DNA of 54,269 nucleotides from a virus (taxonomy: Duplodnaviria > Caudoviricetes): positions 1 to 54,269 of IMG/VR virus record IMGVR_UViG_3300027804_000079; one strand, 5' to 3'. The position numbers and the translations under genes were made by a program. The notes under the pieces were generated by a model. That model was given only the letters and a program-made list of their open reading frames with translations. It did no database searches and was not told the DNA's origin. This document shows positions 10,237 through 17,947 of the stretch, piece by piece (position 1 is the first letter of the stretch; every line of letters starts with the position of its first letter).

Positions 10237-10626
10237 ATGCCACAACAAGCTCGTCCAAATGCAGATTTTATTAAGTCGGGTAAAGACGCATTTGCAAAAA
10301 CTCGCGACAATAGAATTGATCAACTAAGCGGAAATTTGGAATCTGACATAGATTACGATCGCCAAAATCCACGAGAAAATGCTCAATTTTGGAAAGACGT
10401 TAGAAAGTCTAACAGAGGATACGACGCGGAAAAAGTTGGTCGAGAAGCTGGAAAACGCATGGGCATGTCACCTGCTAAAGCCGATGAATATGGTAAAAAA
10501 CAACGCGCTAACTCCACAGGTGGACGTAAGTTTGCACCAGCTAAAATCTCTGCAGCACAAGCAGCAAAAGCAATGGCAGGTAAAGCACCAGCTTCTCCAA
10601 TGCGTAAACTACTGAAAATTAAGTAA
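10237..10626 (+). CDS. Basic hypothetical protein
   Basis: AAGGAG RBS before ATG 10237; K/A-rich tail. Confidence 0.65.
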   Translation: MPQQARPNADFIKSGKDAFAKTRDNRIDQLSGNLESDIDYDRQNPRENAQFWKDVRKSNRGYDAEKVGREAGKRMGMSPAKADEYGKKQRANSTGGRKFAPAKISAAQAAKAMAGKAPASPMRKLLKIK

Positions 10627-10874
10627 TGGGCGTTACTAAAAAACATCAAAATCCAGCAGGTGGTCTCAACGCTGCAGGTCGCGCTTACTTTAAAAAGACG
10701 ACTGGTGCAAATTTAAAACCACCTGCTCCAAATCCAAAGACACCTAAAGATGCAGCGCGTCGCAAGTCGTTTTGTGCTCGCATGTCTGGCATGAAAGCCA
10801 AGAACACATCGAGCAAAACAGCAAACGATCCAAACAGCCGTATCAACAAGTCACTCAGAGCTTGGGACTGTTAA
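10626..10874 (+). CDS. Conserved small basic phage protein (DUF6321-like)
   Basis: GGLNAAGR...RRKSFCARM...SRINKSLRAWDC motif recognised from phage proteins. Confidence 0.65.
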   Translation: MGVTKKHQNPAGGLNAAGRAYFKKTTGANLKPPAPNPKTPKDAARRKSFCARMSGMKAKNTSSKTANDPNSRINKSLRAWDC

Positions 10875-11134
10875 TCCCAACCTGTGTTGATGAACATTGG
10901 TGTCATCTCGCCTACATAAGTACTAAATGTGTTGTACTCAAGGAACTCAATGGCTTCTTCATCAGATAGCCCATCTTGTTCCATGAGTGCGCGAACGCAT
11001 TTTTCTTTACTGTAAACAGCTATGCCATCATCAGTGACACCGAGGAATCCAGCGTCTAGCCCGTCGGCAAGTAATGTCCCGGCATCATTGCCTACTGCGC
11101 TTTCACAGATTTCTTCAATCCTCTCACGTGTCAT
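10871..11134 (-). CDS. Conserved acidic phage hypothetical protein
   Basis: 'ADGLD..FLG...VYS..KC...EEAIEF..YN...YVGE.TP' pattern. Confidence 0.7.
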   Translation of the reverse strand: MTRERIEEICESAVGNDAGTLLADGLDAGFLGVTDDGIAVYSKEKCVRALMEQDGLSDEEAIEFLEYNTFSTYVGEMTPMFINTGWD

Positions 11135-11514
11135 GCGAATGGATCTTCGATGTCGTCTGTTGCGACTGGCTTTCGAGCTGGCGTGGATTGCTCGCCTTGC
11201 TCGGTCTTCCGTGAGTCAAGTGGGTGGGCCTCATCGATAATAATCTCCCAGACCTTCCGCTTGGATCCATCCTGGGCGTCATACGAGCGTACACGGAGGT
11301 TACCCATGATTGCGACCATGCGACCCTTGTTCAGGTAAGTGGCAACAAAGTCGCCCGTTTTACCAAACGCCACACAATCAAAGAAGTCCGTCTCTTTTTC
11401 ACGGCCCTTACGATCTACTGCTACACGTACTTTGACGACGCTAGTCGCACTCTGCGTGTTTACAACTTCAGGATCAGCAACAAGCCGACCGGTAAGTATT
11501 ACTTTATTTAGCAC
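11131..11514 (-). CDS. ssb: Single-stranded DNA-binding protein
   Basis: MLNKVILTGRLVADPE...DFFDCVAFGKT...GNLRVRSY; acidic DDIEDPF tail. Confidence 0.95.
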   Translation of the reverse strand: MLNKVILTGRLVADPEVVNTQSATSVVKVRVAVDRKGREKETDFFDCVAFGKTGDFVATYLNKGRMVAIMGNLRVRSYDAQDGSKRKVWEIIIDEAHPLDSRKTEQGEQSTPARKPVATDDIEDPFA

Positions 11515-11830
11515 TTAGTCCCATCCATTTATCCATAAAATCGCCTTCAGCATGACTAGCAAGGTGATCCTTAATTACGGTCAATACTTCTGGCTTCTCT
11601 TGTCCAACCAACCACAAACCAAGCATGTGACCGCGCAACCAGTTACGGTCAACCTGCAAGATATCAGCCATCTTGTCCATTGTGTCTGGCTGTGGAATGC
11701 GTTTACCCGACATCCAAAGAGACACATTAGGGCGATCGCACCCCATCAACTCTGCAAAGTACTTCTGAGTCATGCGCTGACGGTCAAGCAAGTGGTGCAA
11801 AAACGTACGTTGCGCGTATTCTTTACTCAT
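11504..11830 (-). CDS. XRE-family HTH regulator
   Basis: MTQKYFAELMGCDRPNVSLWMSGKRIP HTH. Confidence 0.85.
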   Translation of the reverse strand: MSKEYAQRTFLHHLLDRQRMTQKYFAELMGCDRPNVSLWMSGKRIPQPDTMDKMADILQVDRNWLRGHMLGLWLVGQEKPEVLTVIKDHLASHAEGDFMDKWMGLSAK

Positions 11831-11884
11831 ATGTAGTACCCTCCTTAATAAGTTATCGTGCGTATAATACCACGTCAGGCAAAC

Positions 11885-11915
11885 AAAAACCCCGACATGT
11901 GCCGTGCCGGGGTTC
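11885..11915 (-). terminator. Probable intrinsic terminator after the lysin gene
   Basis: On the minus strand, CCCCGGCAC...TGTCGGGG followed by TTTTTGTTT. Confidence 0.55.
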
Positions 11916-11958
11916 CATTTGGTTAGTTGTTAGTTATTTTCAAACAGTGAAGTGTACC

Positions 11959-12510
11959 CTAAAAATCTAGAGCAATAAACCCACCTTTTGGTCCAAGCTC
12001 ACTCCAGTTTCTAACCTTTGGGTAATACCCATCTCCATCACGATCCACAAACTCAGAGTCATCAAGCTCAGGTGATGTGTTGCCTTCGATTGTGTGTACC
12101 CCCCAGTCGCCAATCTTATCAATCACACCCATGTGGGCATGGCGCCCCATCTGTGGGAAGTGGAAGCACACAAGATCTCCTTCACGGAGAAGTGAAGGGT
12201 TAGCCTTGGCTTGTGACACACTGATCCACTTGCCCACCCTGTATGCCCACGCCACGTAATCAGGTGTGTACCCGGTACGTGGCATAGTGACGTCATACGT
12301 TCGTTGAAACTCTGTAGCTGCAGCCTTTAATCGAAATCGAACCACGGCAACACACCATGGAGAGCCGGGTGGCAAACTAGGAACACAACTTGCGAGATAA
12401 GCCTCAACTGCTTTTCCACGGTTTTCTCCACCTTGTTCAGTTACTCCAATGTTCAAACGGGCGTTCTTTACGGCCTCCATCGCTATCGGCCTGTTCTTTG
12501 CTCTTTCCAT
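11959..12510 (-). CDS. CHAP-domain peptidoglycan hydrolase (endolysin)
   Basis: PWC catalytic Cys, HMG His and TIEGNT motif. Confidence 0.85.
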   Translation of the reverse strand: MERAKNRPIAMEAVKNARLNIGVTEQGGENRGKAVEAYLASCVPSLPPGSPWCVAVVRFRLKAAATEFQRTYDVTMPRTGYTPDYVAWAYRVGKWISVSQAKANPSLLREGDLVCFHFPQMGRHAHMGVIDKIGDWGVHTIEGNTSPELDDSEFVDRDGDGYYPKVRNWSELGPKGGFIALDF

Positions 12511-12817
12511 CTGGGTGTTCCTTGTACTTGTTATGTAATTTAACTAGCTCGACAACCATGCCACAGAGTTTCTTGTCCTTGGAAATAGCATACACCAAGT
12601 ACCAGATAGCCTTTAGTAGGTCTGATTTACGTGTGTTACCGTCCTTCTGACCCCTGCGATAAAGGTACTTGAGCGTACTGAACTCATATCGATCTAGACC
12701 CCATGCGTCAGCCACATCAACGGGCTGCATGTCGTGTGCATGTCGGTAATGTCCATTAAGATCCAGTGCTTCCGAATCCTTTGTCTCCACGTTCTGTCTC
12801 CTCCATAAACAAATCAC
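12437..12817 (-). CDS. DUF3310-like protein
   Basis: HY...QPVD...LKYLYR.G.K....DL.KA.WYL; start uncertain. Confidence 0.75.
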   Translation of the reverse strand: MICLWRRQNVETKDSEALDLNGHYRHAHDMQPVDVADAWGLDRYEFSTLKYLYRRGQKDGNTRKSDLLKAIWYLVYAISKDKKLCGMVVELVKLHNKYKEHPDGKSKEQADSDGGRKERPFEHWSN

Positions 12818-13214
12818 CTGTAACCACCTCTGTCAGCTCGACATCAGGGAGCTTATTGATTACCATTTGTGCAATGCGAGCACCTGGCTCAACCCAAAAC
12901 AAGTCACTACCGCCGTTGTAGAGGATGACACACACCTCACCCTGATAGTCTGAGTCAATCGTACCTGGGCTGTTTAGTACCATTACGCCATTCTTGGCAG
13001 CTAGTCCGCTTCTGGATCGGATCTGAGCCTCAAAACCACTCGGAATGTCAATGCGGATGCCAGTTCGCACCACAACATGTTTGCCTGGATGAATAGGAAT
13101 ACGTTCTGCAGTTCCATTTGCAAGGTCGTAACCAGCTGATCCATGTGTCTGCCTAGCCAACTTCTGCGCTCTTGAACGCTCGCGCATGCGTGTGTAAGTG
13201 ATTACTTGTGTCAT
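12756..13214 (-). CDS. dut: Trimeric dUTPase
   Basis: All five motifs present: AGYDL, RSGLA, GTIDSDYQG, RIAQ, RGDKGFGSTG; ATG 13214 chosen to avoid overlap with the upstream gene. Confidence 0.95.
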   Translation of the reverse strand: MTQVITYTRMRERSRAQKLARQTHGSAGYDLANGTAERIPIHPGKHVVVRTGIRIDIPSGFEAQIRSRSGLAAKNGVMVLNSPGTIDSDYQGEVCVILYNGGSDLFWVEPGARIAQMVINKLPDVELTEVVTGDLFMEETERGDKGFGSTGS

Positions 13215-13218
13215 ATGC

Positions 13219-13605
13219 CTATCTGTATCGTGCAGTCTTAGCTGCGATTGATTTTGGCTGAGAAACGAACTGCTTGCCAGCCTTATTGCCAGTAGCCTTA
13301 GCTTTATTTGTGGCTGCCTTTTCCCCTGAGCTAAGTGAACTCCAAGCCTTGTCTGGAAGATAGCGCTTTGTACCCTTTGATGGTGTACCATCACTGGTTC
13401 TCCACTTCTGATCTGTCCATTTTGCCAAGCTGTTGTCGCTTGATTTGGGGCCGACATAGCCACCGCCAGACGACTTGTACTTCTGTGTGGCTAGTTGCGC
13501 TTTACGAGCCGACCATTCGCCCGGATCTCCACCTTTTGTGCCAGCTTTTACGCTTGCAACTATGGATTTCCACTTACCTGGGTCCGTTTTCTTCGCACTA
13601 GCCAT
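13219..13605 (-). CDS. DUF5872-like basic protein
   Basis: WSARKAQL...YK..GGGY...SL.KWT.QKW motif. Confidence 0.75.
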   Translation of the reverse strand: MASAKKTDPGKWKSIVASVKAGTKGGDPGEWSARKAQLATQKYKSSGGGYVGPKSSDNSLAKWTDQKWRTSDGTPSKGTKRYLPDKAWSSLSSGEKAATNKAKATGNKAGKQFVSQPKSIAAKTARYR

Positions 13606-13610
13606 GCCAG

Positions 13611-13961
13611 TTACACTCTCTTTCCACCTTCGTAGGCAACGCCGTGACCACCTGCTATGATTTCGTCAGCGAGGCTCTTGTCACCAATCATAATCGTACC
13701 AAGAATCCGACCATACTTGTCTTCACGGTGATTCTTCACAATGATGATTACACTAGGTTCACCGAGCACCAAAGACTCAGTGAACCACGTGGCGTCTTTA
13801 CCTTCTTCAGTATCTTTTTCAGGGCAATTGACGTGCTCTAAGCGGATCTTTTTACTGGCAAGGATGACTCCAAACCCAAGATCTAAGTCAGCTTTGAGCG
13901 TGTCACCATCTACCACGGAGATATTTTTCAAAGCGTATTGATACAACGTTGTCTTTTTCAT
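13611..13961 (-). CDS. Thermonuclease (SNase-like)
   Basis: VVDGDT..DLGF..IRL..VNCPE..DKYGRILG. Confidence 0.88.
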   Translation of the reverse strand: MKKTTLYQYALKNISVVDGDTLKADLDLGFGVILASKKIRLEHVNCPEKDTEEGKDATWFTESLVLGEPSVIIIVKNHREDKYGRILGTIMIGDKSLADEIIAGGHGVAYEGGKRV

Positions 13962-14386
13962 TCCATTACCTTTTTGTTGGCGTCAACAACATGGTCGCTC
14001 ACTGACTCCCATGTAAGTGCAACCCAGTCCTTTGCCTTCAAGTCTTCGAGGTTCAGGTCAAGGCTGTACGTGATCAACTCATTGCCTGTTTCCATATTGA
14101 CTTGAACAAACCACGGGCGCGGTTCATCAATAGCGTAGTAATAGTAAATACCCTCTGGCCATGCCACACGCCTAAATGGTAATCCGTTCTCCACCATGTG
14201 TAGAAGACTATGAAGGGATGTACGCTTTAGATTGATTTCCCCATTGCGATACGCTTGCTGGATCCTATAAAAGTGAGTGTGGCTAATACCCATGATGTGG
14301 ATAATAGCCTCACCTTTAACACCTTCCTTCAAAAGCCTATGGATCTTATTGATGTCAGCATCATTCAGCTTCTTGCGCTTGTCCAT
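13958..14386 (-). CDS. HTH fused to a DUF2829/Tad2-like domain
   Basis: N-terminal resolvase-type HTH (KKLN..I..L..EG.....I...MGIS...FYR); C-terminal 'NG..FRRVAW...DL.AKDW'. Confidence 0.6.
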   Translation of the reverse strand: MDKRKKLNDADINKIHRLLKEGVKGEAIIHIMGISHTHFYRIQQAYRNGEINLKRTSLHSLLHMVENGLPFRRVAWPEGIYYYYAIDEPRPWFVQVNMETGNELITYSLDLNLEDLKAKDWVALTWESVSDHVVDANKKVME

Positions 14387-14654
14387 TCTTTTTCTCCATA
14401 GCCTTATACTTGTCCAATACAGCACGGATAGCATTGTCACCCCAAGGGACAACCATAGGTGGACTAGGGATACCCAACTCAAGCAGCGTAGAGATCATCT
14501 GACGCCGTGTCATACCTTCCTTGTACCAGAGCCAAATCATGTCCTGGACCTCAGTAGACATATGATCCGTCAAACGAAACACCTGACGTGGCTCGCGCTT
14601 CATACGGCTGCGGAAACATACAGACCCAACACTCCGCGTATTCATCAAACTCAT
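14361..14654 (-). CDS. Stand-alone serine-recombinase-type DNA-binding ('Recombinase') domain protein
   Basis: 'W.KEGMT.RQM...L.ELGIPSP....WG.NAIR.VL' pattern; no catalytic domain. Confidence 0.55.
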   Translation of the reverse strand: MSLMNTRSVGSVCFRSRMKREPRQVFRLTDHMSTEVQDMIWLWYKEGMTRRQMISTLLELGIPSPPMVVPWGDNAIRAVLDKYKAMEKKNGQAQEAE

Positions 14655-14944
14655 GGGATGCGTACTCCATCTCCATCTGGCTCAGTATTCAAAGTACGTA
14701 AGTACTTCCAAGTAATCTCACCGCAGTCCCTGAAATACTCAGCGTGACCTGGGCGGTAAATACGACCAAGCAACTTCCCAGCTTCCAGATCAGCCTTCGT
14801 GCGATACACATCAATCACCATCAACGTATCATCGACATCGAACTTACCAAGACACTCATAATTCAACGTATCAATGTGAGCTGTGCCCTCCTTGAACAGC
14901 AACTCATCCATCAACAACGTACTCTTACTCATCTCATCCACCAC
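14651..14944 (-). CDS. Hypothetical protein
   Basis: 97-aa ORF coupled to its neighbours. Confidence 0.55.
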   Translation of the reverse strand: MVDEMSKSTLLMDELLFKEGTAHIDTLNYECLGKFDVDDTLMVIDVYRTKADLEAGKLLGRIYRPGHAEYFRDCGEITWKYLRTLNTEPDGDGVRIP

Positions 14945-15150
14945 TGTTTCTTTTTCTCAACTTCCCGCATTGCATCAATACGCAAGTCCAACAACTCGTC
15001 AACAGAACGGCTGGTCATTAAACTCAACTGATCACAATGGCAACCGTTTTCAATCTGCATGTTGCGACGGAAAACCTCAACACGATACTGCATCAACAGC
15101 ATGTCGGACAATAGTTGCTCGTATTCTTTACGCAAATGATCCTTACCCAT
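14929..15150 (-). CDS. Hypothetical protein; first gene of the leftward unit
   Basis: AAGGAGGT RBS before ATG 15150 (MGKDHLRKEY...). Confidence 0.65.
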   Translation of the reverse strand: MGKDHLRKEYEQLLSDMLLMQYRVEVFRRNMQIENGCHCDQLSLMTSRSVDELLDLRIDAMREVEKKKQWWMR

Positions 15151-15221
15151 CTGTACCTCCTTGTAGCTAATCACGTAGGTATAGTACCATACGCTGTTTG
15201 TGCGGTGTGAGAAATTATCTC

Positions 15222-15356
15222 CGGTGGGAGAAGGAGGAGTTTGAGGATATGAACTGTAGGGGGCGGGGACAATATTTATAATATTAGAGGGAGGGGGGAT
15301 TGCCATGTGGGGGTAGGGGAGGGGGTAGCTGAGGGATATATATAGGGGGAGGGGGG
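15222..15356 (+). other. G-run tract with G-quadruplex potential at the transcription divergence point
   Basis: About ten G3-G6 runs separated by short or AT-rich spacers; non-coding. Confidence 0.6.
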
Positions 15357-15375
15357 ATATATAAAAAACCCCCGC

Positions 15376-15480
15376 CACGCCCCGTAAGTACGGCCCTTTG
15401 TCGCTAACCCTCACGATCTACAGTCGCCACGTAGGTATATATCTGAGTTATGGTGGTGTTGTGATTATATTTCATATGAT
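15376..15480 (+). repeat. Five-box cassette module, copy 1
   Basis: CCCCGTAAGTA / CACGATCTACA / CGTAGGTAT / TTATGGTG / TATTTCATA; spacings 31/16/21/17. Confidence 0.85.
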
Positions 15481-15532
15481 TATGTCAAGCGGTATACATG
15501 ATGTACTTGCTTAGGCATAGGAGGTATGCACC

Positions 15533-15811
15533 ATGCATACACTTCACCGCATCCATCGGGGATGCGACCTCGTCATTCATATCGGTGCGAACACTTGCAC
15601 CATTGAAGTCGACAGCGCACCGCGATGCATCGTCATGACCGGACAGACACTGGCAAACTTTGAGGAAATCGTTGCCAATACTGTTGATGGCGTTTTGCTT
15701 CAACAGTGGCTGTTCATGCACCGTCCGATTGAGACGGCGCCCGAAATCCACATCTGCAAACGATGTGGTGTGCGTGCTCCGGGACCTGACTGCTGTCCTG
15801 AGTGCGAATAA
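15533..15811 (+). CDS. Small protein with C-terminal Zn-ribbon-like Cys cluster
   Basis: GGAGGT RBS; CKRC...CCPEC. Confidence 0.7.
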   Translation: MHTLHRIHRGCDLVIHIGANTCTIEVDSAPRCIVMTGQTLANFEEIVANTVDGVLLQQWLFMHRPIETAPEIHICKRCGVRAPGPDCCPECE

Positions 15812-15860
15812 TCGTCGGCTACGGGGATGGTGACAGCATCCCCACTGTGACTTTGGAGGT
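15809..15860 (+). repeat. GUGACAG-loop hairpin element, copy 1
   Basis: TAATCGTC..GGGGATG-GTGACAG-CATCCCC-ACT followed by the SD. Confidence 0.8.
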
Positions 15861-15866
15861 AAGACA

Positions 15867-16175
15867 ATGGGAATCGACTTGACAATGAAGAATGACGGCG
15901 TGACGGTATCTGAGAAGCGAGGCAACCTGTTCTGTTTCACACTTCGTGAAACTACAGGCATTGACCTTTGTGCCGATGACACCTGCGTAGTCATCAGCAA
16001 CGACAGACTTCACGAAGTCAGCAAGGCCTTGAACGCGTTCACTCGTGCTCGCATGGCGTGGAAGATTGAATCACGCGGTGGATTCACTATCGGCGAAGCA
16101 ATCGACTTCGTCAAGGAGTACGCGGATTGGATTGAACAATCCGCAGACGCTGGCTACCACATGGTACTCAGCTAA
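15867..16175 (+). CDS. Hypothetical protein
   Basis: GGAGGT RBS; 102 aa. Confidence 0.7.
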   Translation: MGIDLTMKNDGVTVSEKRGNLFCFTLRETTGIDLCADDTCVVISNDRLHEVSKALNAFTRARMAWKIESRGGFTIGEAIDFVKEYADWIEQSADAGYHMVLS

Positions 16176-16220
16176 TCGTCAACCGGAGGGCGGTGACAGC
16201 GCCCTCACTCTGCAGGAAGG
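16173..16220 (+). repeat. GUGACAG-loop hairpin element, copy 2
   Basis: TAATCGTC..GAGGGCG-GTGACAG-CGCCCTC-ACT. Confidence 0.8.
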
Positions 16221-16229
16221 ATACAGTCA

Positions 16230-16406
16230 ATGAGTATTGAAGATACATGCATCGTAATGTTTATCTTTGCAATGTCGGTTTTTATTGCAACATGCAATCC
16301 CGACATGCTTCAACCGCGTAAGGTTGAAAGATTTGCAACAGCTTCCCTATGCGTAATGGGGATGCTTATTGTTGCAGCGTTCACTTATCTGGCTTACATC
16401 CAGTAA
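16230..16406 (+). CDS. Small two-TM membrane protein, 58 aa (not in ORF track)
   Basis: MSIEDTCIVMFIFAMSVFIA...MLIVAAFTYLAYIQ. Confidence 0.6.
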   Translation: MSIEDTCIVMFIFAMSVFIATCNPDMLQPRKVERFATASLCVMGMLIVAAFTYLAYIQ

Positions 16407-16411
16407 GCCGA

Positions 16412-16447
16412 AGAGGGGAGCAAGGCTAGACCTTGCGATGATCCTCT
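16412..16447 (+). other. Kink-turn hairpin, copy 1
   Basis: AGAGGG-GA-GCAAGG-CTAGA-CCTTGC-GAT-GA-TCCTCT. Confidence 0.65.
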
Positions 16448-16454
16448 GCATGCA

Positions 16455-16565
16455 CCACTCGCCCTCCCCGCTGGTACGTGCATAGTATAGCTGCCCCTCG
16501 ATTTACAGCGACCTCGTAAGTATATGTATTAGATGTGGTGGTAGCAGGATTGTATTTCATATAGT
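16455..16565 (+). repeat. Five-box cassette module, copy 2
   Basis: Boxes at 16469/16499/16515/16536/16553. Confidence 0.85.
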
Positions 16566-16619
16566 TATGTCAAGTGATACACAAAGATGTAATCGCTTAG
16601 ATACAAAGAGATAAACATT

Positions 16620-16934
16620 ATGTTTATACATGCGATAATGTTCGGCGCCGATGTCGAGATAACAACGGTAGACGGCATCGTTGAAATCGGCATCGATTCC
16701 TGCCAAGGAATCTACGTGCCGGATTCCACCACGCTAGACGAGGTCGGGTACATCGTCGAAACTCGCGTCACTATGATGCGCGAGGCGCAACTACGCTACA
16801 TGGCGTCACGACCGCGCATGTGCGCCACCTGCGGAAAGGACAAAAACTGGGACATCGACATGTGTAGTTGCCCAGGCTGCATGTCATTCCGCGAACGGCA
16901 ACCGTGCGGAAACCTCTGCCACTGCGCAGAGTAA
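16620..16934 (+). CDS. Small protein with Cys-rich C-terminus
   Basis: CATC...CSCPGC...CGNLCHC. Confidence 0.7.
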   Translation: MFIHAIMFGADVEITTVDGIVEIGIDSCQGIYVPDSTTLDEVGYIVETRVTMMREAQLRYMASRPRMCATCGKDKNWDIDMCSCPGCMSFRERQPCGNLCHCAE

Positions 16935-16985
16935 TCGTCGGAATCGGGGACGGTGACAGCGTCCCCACTGTCAAGTTTGGAGGTA
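16932..16985 (+). repeat. GUGACAG-loop hairpin element, copy 3
   Basis: TAATCGTC..GGGGACG-GTGACAG-CGTCCCC-ACT followed by GGAGGT. Confidence 0.8.
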
Positions 16986-16989
16986 TGGC

Positions 16990-17238
16990 ATGAAGCCATT
17001 CAAGGATTTTCGTCGCTTTCACCCGGTGCCTGGGGTGTGCACACCAGGGTGTTATTTCGCTTCACCTGATGGGAAACGAACGGTTATGCTGACGCGCACA
17101 CTTTGGCGTGATGGTGACATGTTCTACAGTGTCACTATCACCATAAACGGAGACCGTACCGTTTTATACGGAGAGGAGCATTACGATGCATGGAAGGGTT
17201 CGCGCCCTCTCCCTGGGCATCGCAACGGCTGGTACTAA
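16990..17238 (+). CDS. Hypothetical protein
   Basis: GGAGGT RBS; 82 aa. Confidence 0.7.
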   Translation: MKPFKDFRRFHPVPGVCTPGCYFASPDGKRTVMLTRTLWRDGDMFYSVTITINGDRTVLYGEEHYDAWKGSRPLPGHRNGWY

Positions 17239-17242
17239 AGCC

Positions 17243-17282
17243 AAAGGGGGGAGCGCAGCTAGACTGCGCGATGATCCCTTTT
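17243..17282 (+). other. Kink-turn hairpin, copy 2
   Basis: AAAGGGGG-GA-GCGCAG-CTAGA-CTGCGC-GAT-GA-TCCCTTTT. Confidence 0.65.
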
Positions 17283-17289
17283 CCGGACC

Positions 17290-17400
17290 TCACACACACC
17301 CCGCTGGTACGTGTATATTATTCCACCTCGCGATCTGCACCCACCTCGTAAGTATATGTATTGATTATGGTGGTGGCAGTATTGTATTTCATATATAAGT
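17290..17400 (+). repeat. Five-box cassette module, copy 3
   Basis: Boxes at 17302/17331/17347/17368/17385. Confidence 0.85.
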
Positions 17401-17423
17401 GTAGTCAGAGGAGGCTACTTATC

Positions 17424-17906
17424 ATGGTTATTATCATGGTGCTGTCGGTTGTGTGTGCGTTGTTCGCCATTACTGGTGGATTGGCGTTCGTTGAAGTTCG
17501 CTCGTTGCAGTACAAACTGCAGGAAAAAACGTTGCAATACAACAACGCTATTGAGGCGATTGATGTTTACCGTGCTCGTGTAGAGCATCATCGTAATCAC
17601 ATCAAGTTCTATCGCAACAGCAATCTTATTGCTGAAGAACTGGTCGGGAATATGTCTGCAACGGACACGTTGCACCGCGAGCACATTGAGAAACTGAAAA
17701 CAGATATCAATGAGTACAAGGCGCACATCAAGGTGTGCACCGAACACATCGAAAACCAGACCAAGGAGCTAAAATCCTTGCGAGTGAGATGCTATGCACT
17801 GGACAAGGAACTCCAAAGCATCAAGGACACGCTACCCGATTGGGCTGGCGGAACCGTGATTGACGACGAGGACGACTTGGCTCCTAACGACAGCCATCGC
17901 AGTTGA
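17424..17906 (+). CDS. Protein with N-terminal TM and coiled coil
   Basis: GAGGAGG RBS; hydrophobic N-terminus followed by heptads. Confidence 0.7.
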   Translation: MVIIMVLSVVCALFAITGGLAFVEVRSLQYKLQEKTLQYNNAIEAIDVYRARVEHHRNHIKFYRNSNLIAEELVGNMSATDTLHREHIEKLKTDINEYKAHIKVCTEHIENQTKELKSLRVRCYALDKELQSIKDTLPDWAGGTVIDDEDDLAPNDSHRS

Positions 17907-17909
17907 CAA

Positions 17910-17935
17910 GGAGGGGCTTCGGCCCCTCCACTTTT
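17910..17935 (+). terminator. C(UUCG)G intrinsic terminator
   Basis: GGAGGGGC-TTCG-GCCCCTCC followed by ACTTTT. Confidence 0.8.
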
Positions 17936-17947
17936 GCTTGTTCAGAG

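Noticed and set aside
13215-13463. N-terminal extension of the dUTPase
   Set aside because: Overlaps the DUF5872-like gene in another frame; the dUTPase is complete from 13214
15151-15414. N-terminal extension of ORF 14929..15414
   Set aside because: Pro-rich read-through of the G-run tract; the strong RBS sits before ATG 15150
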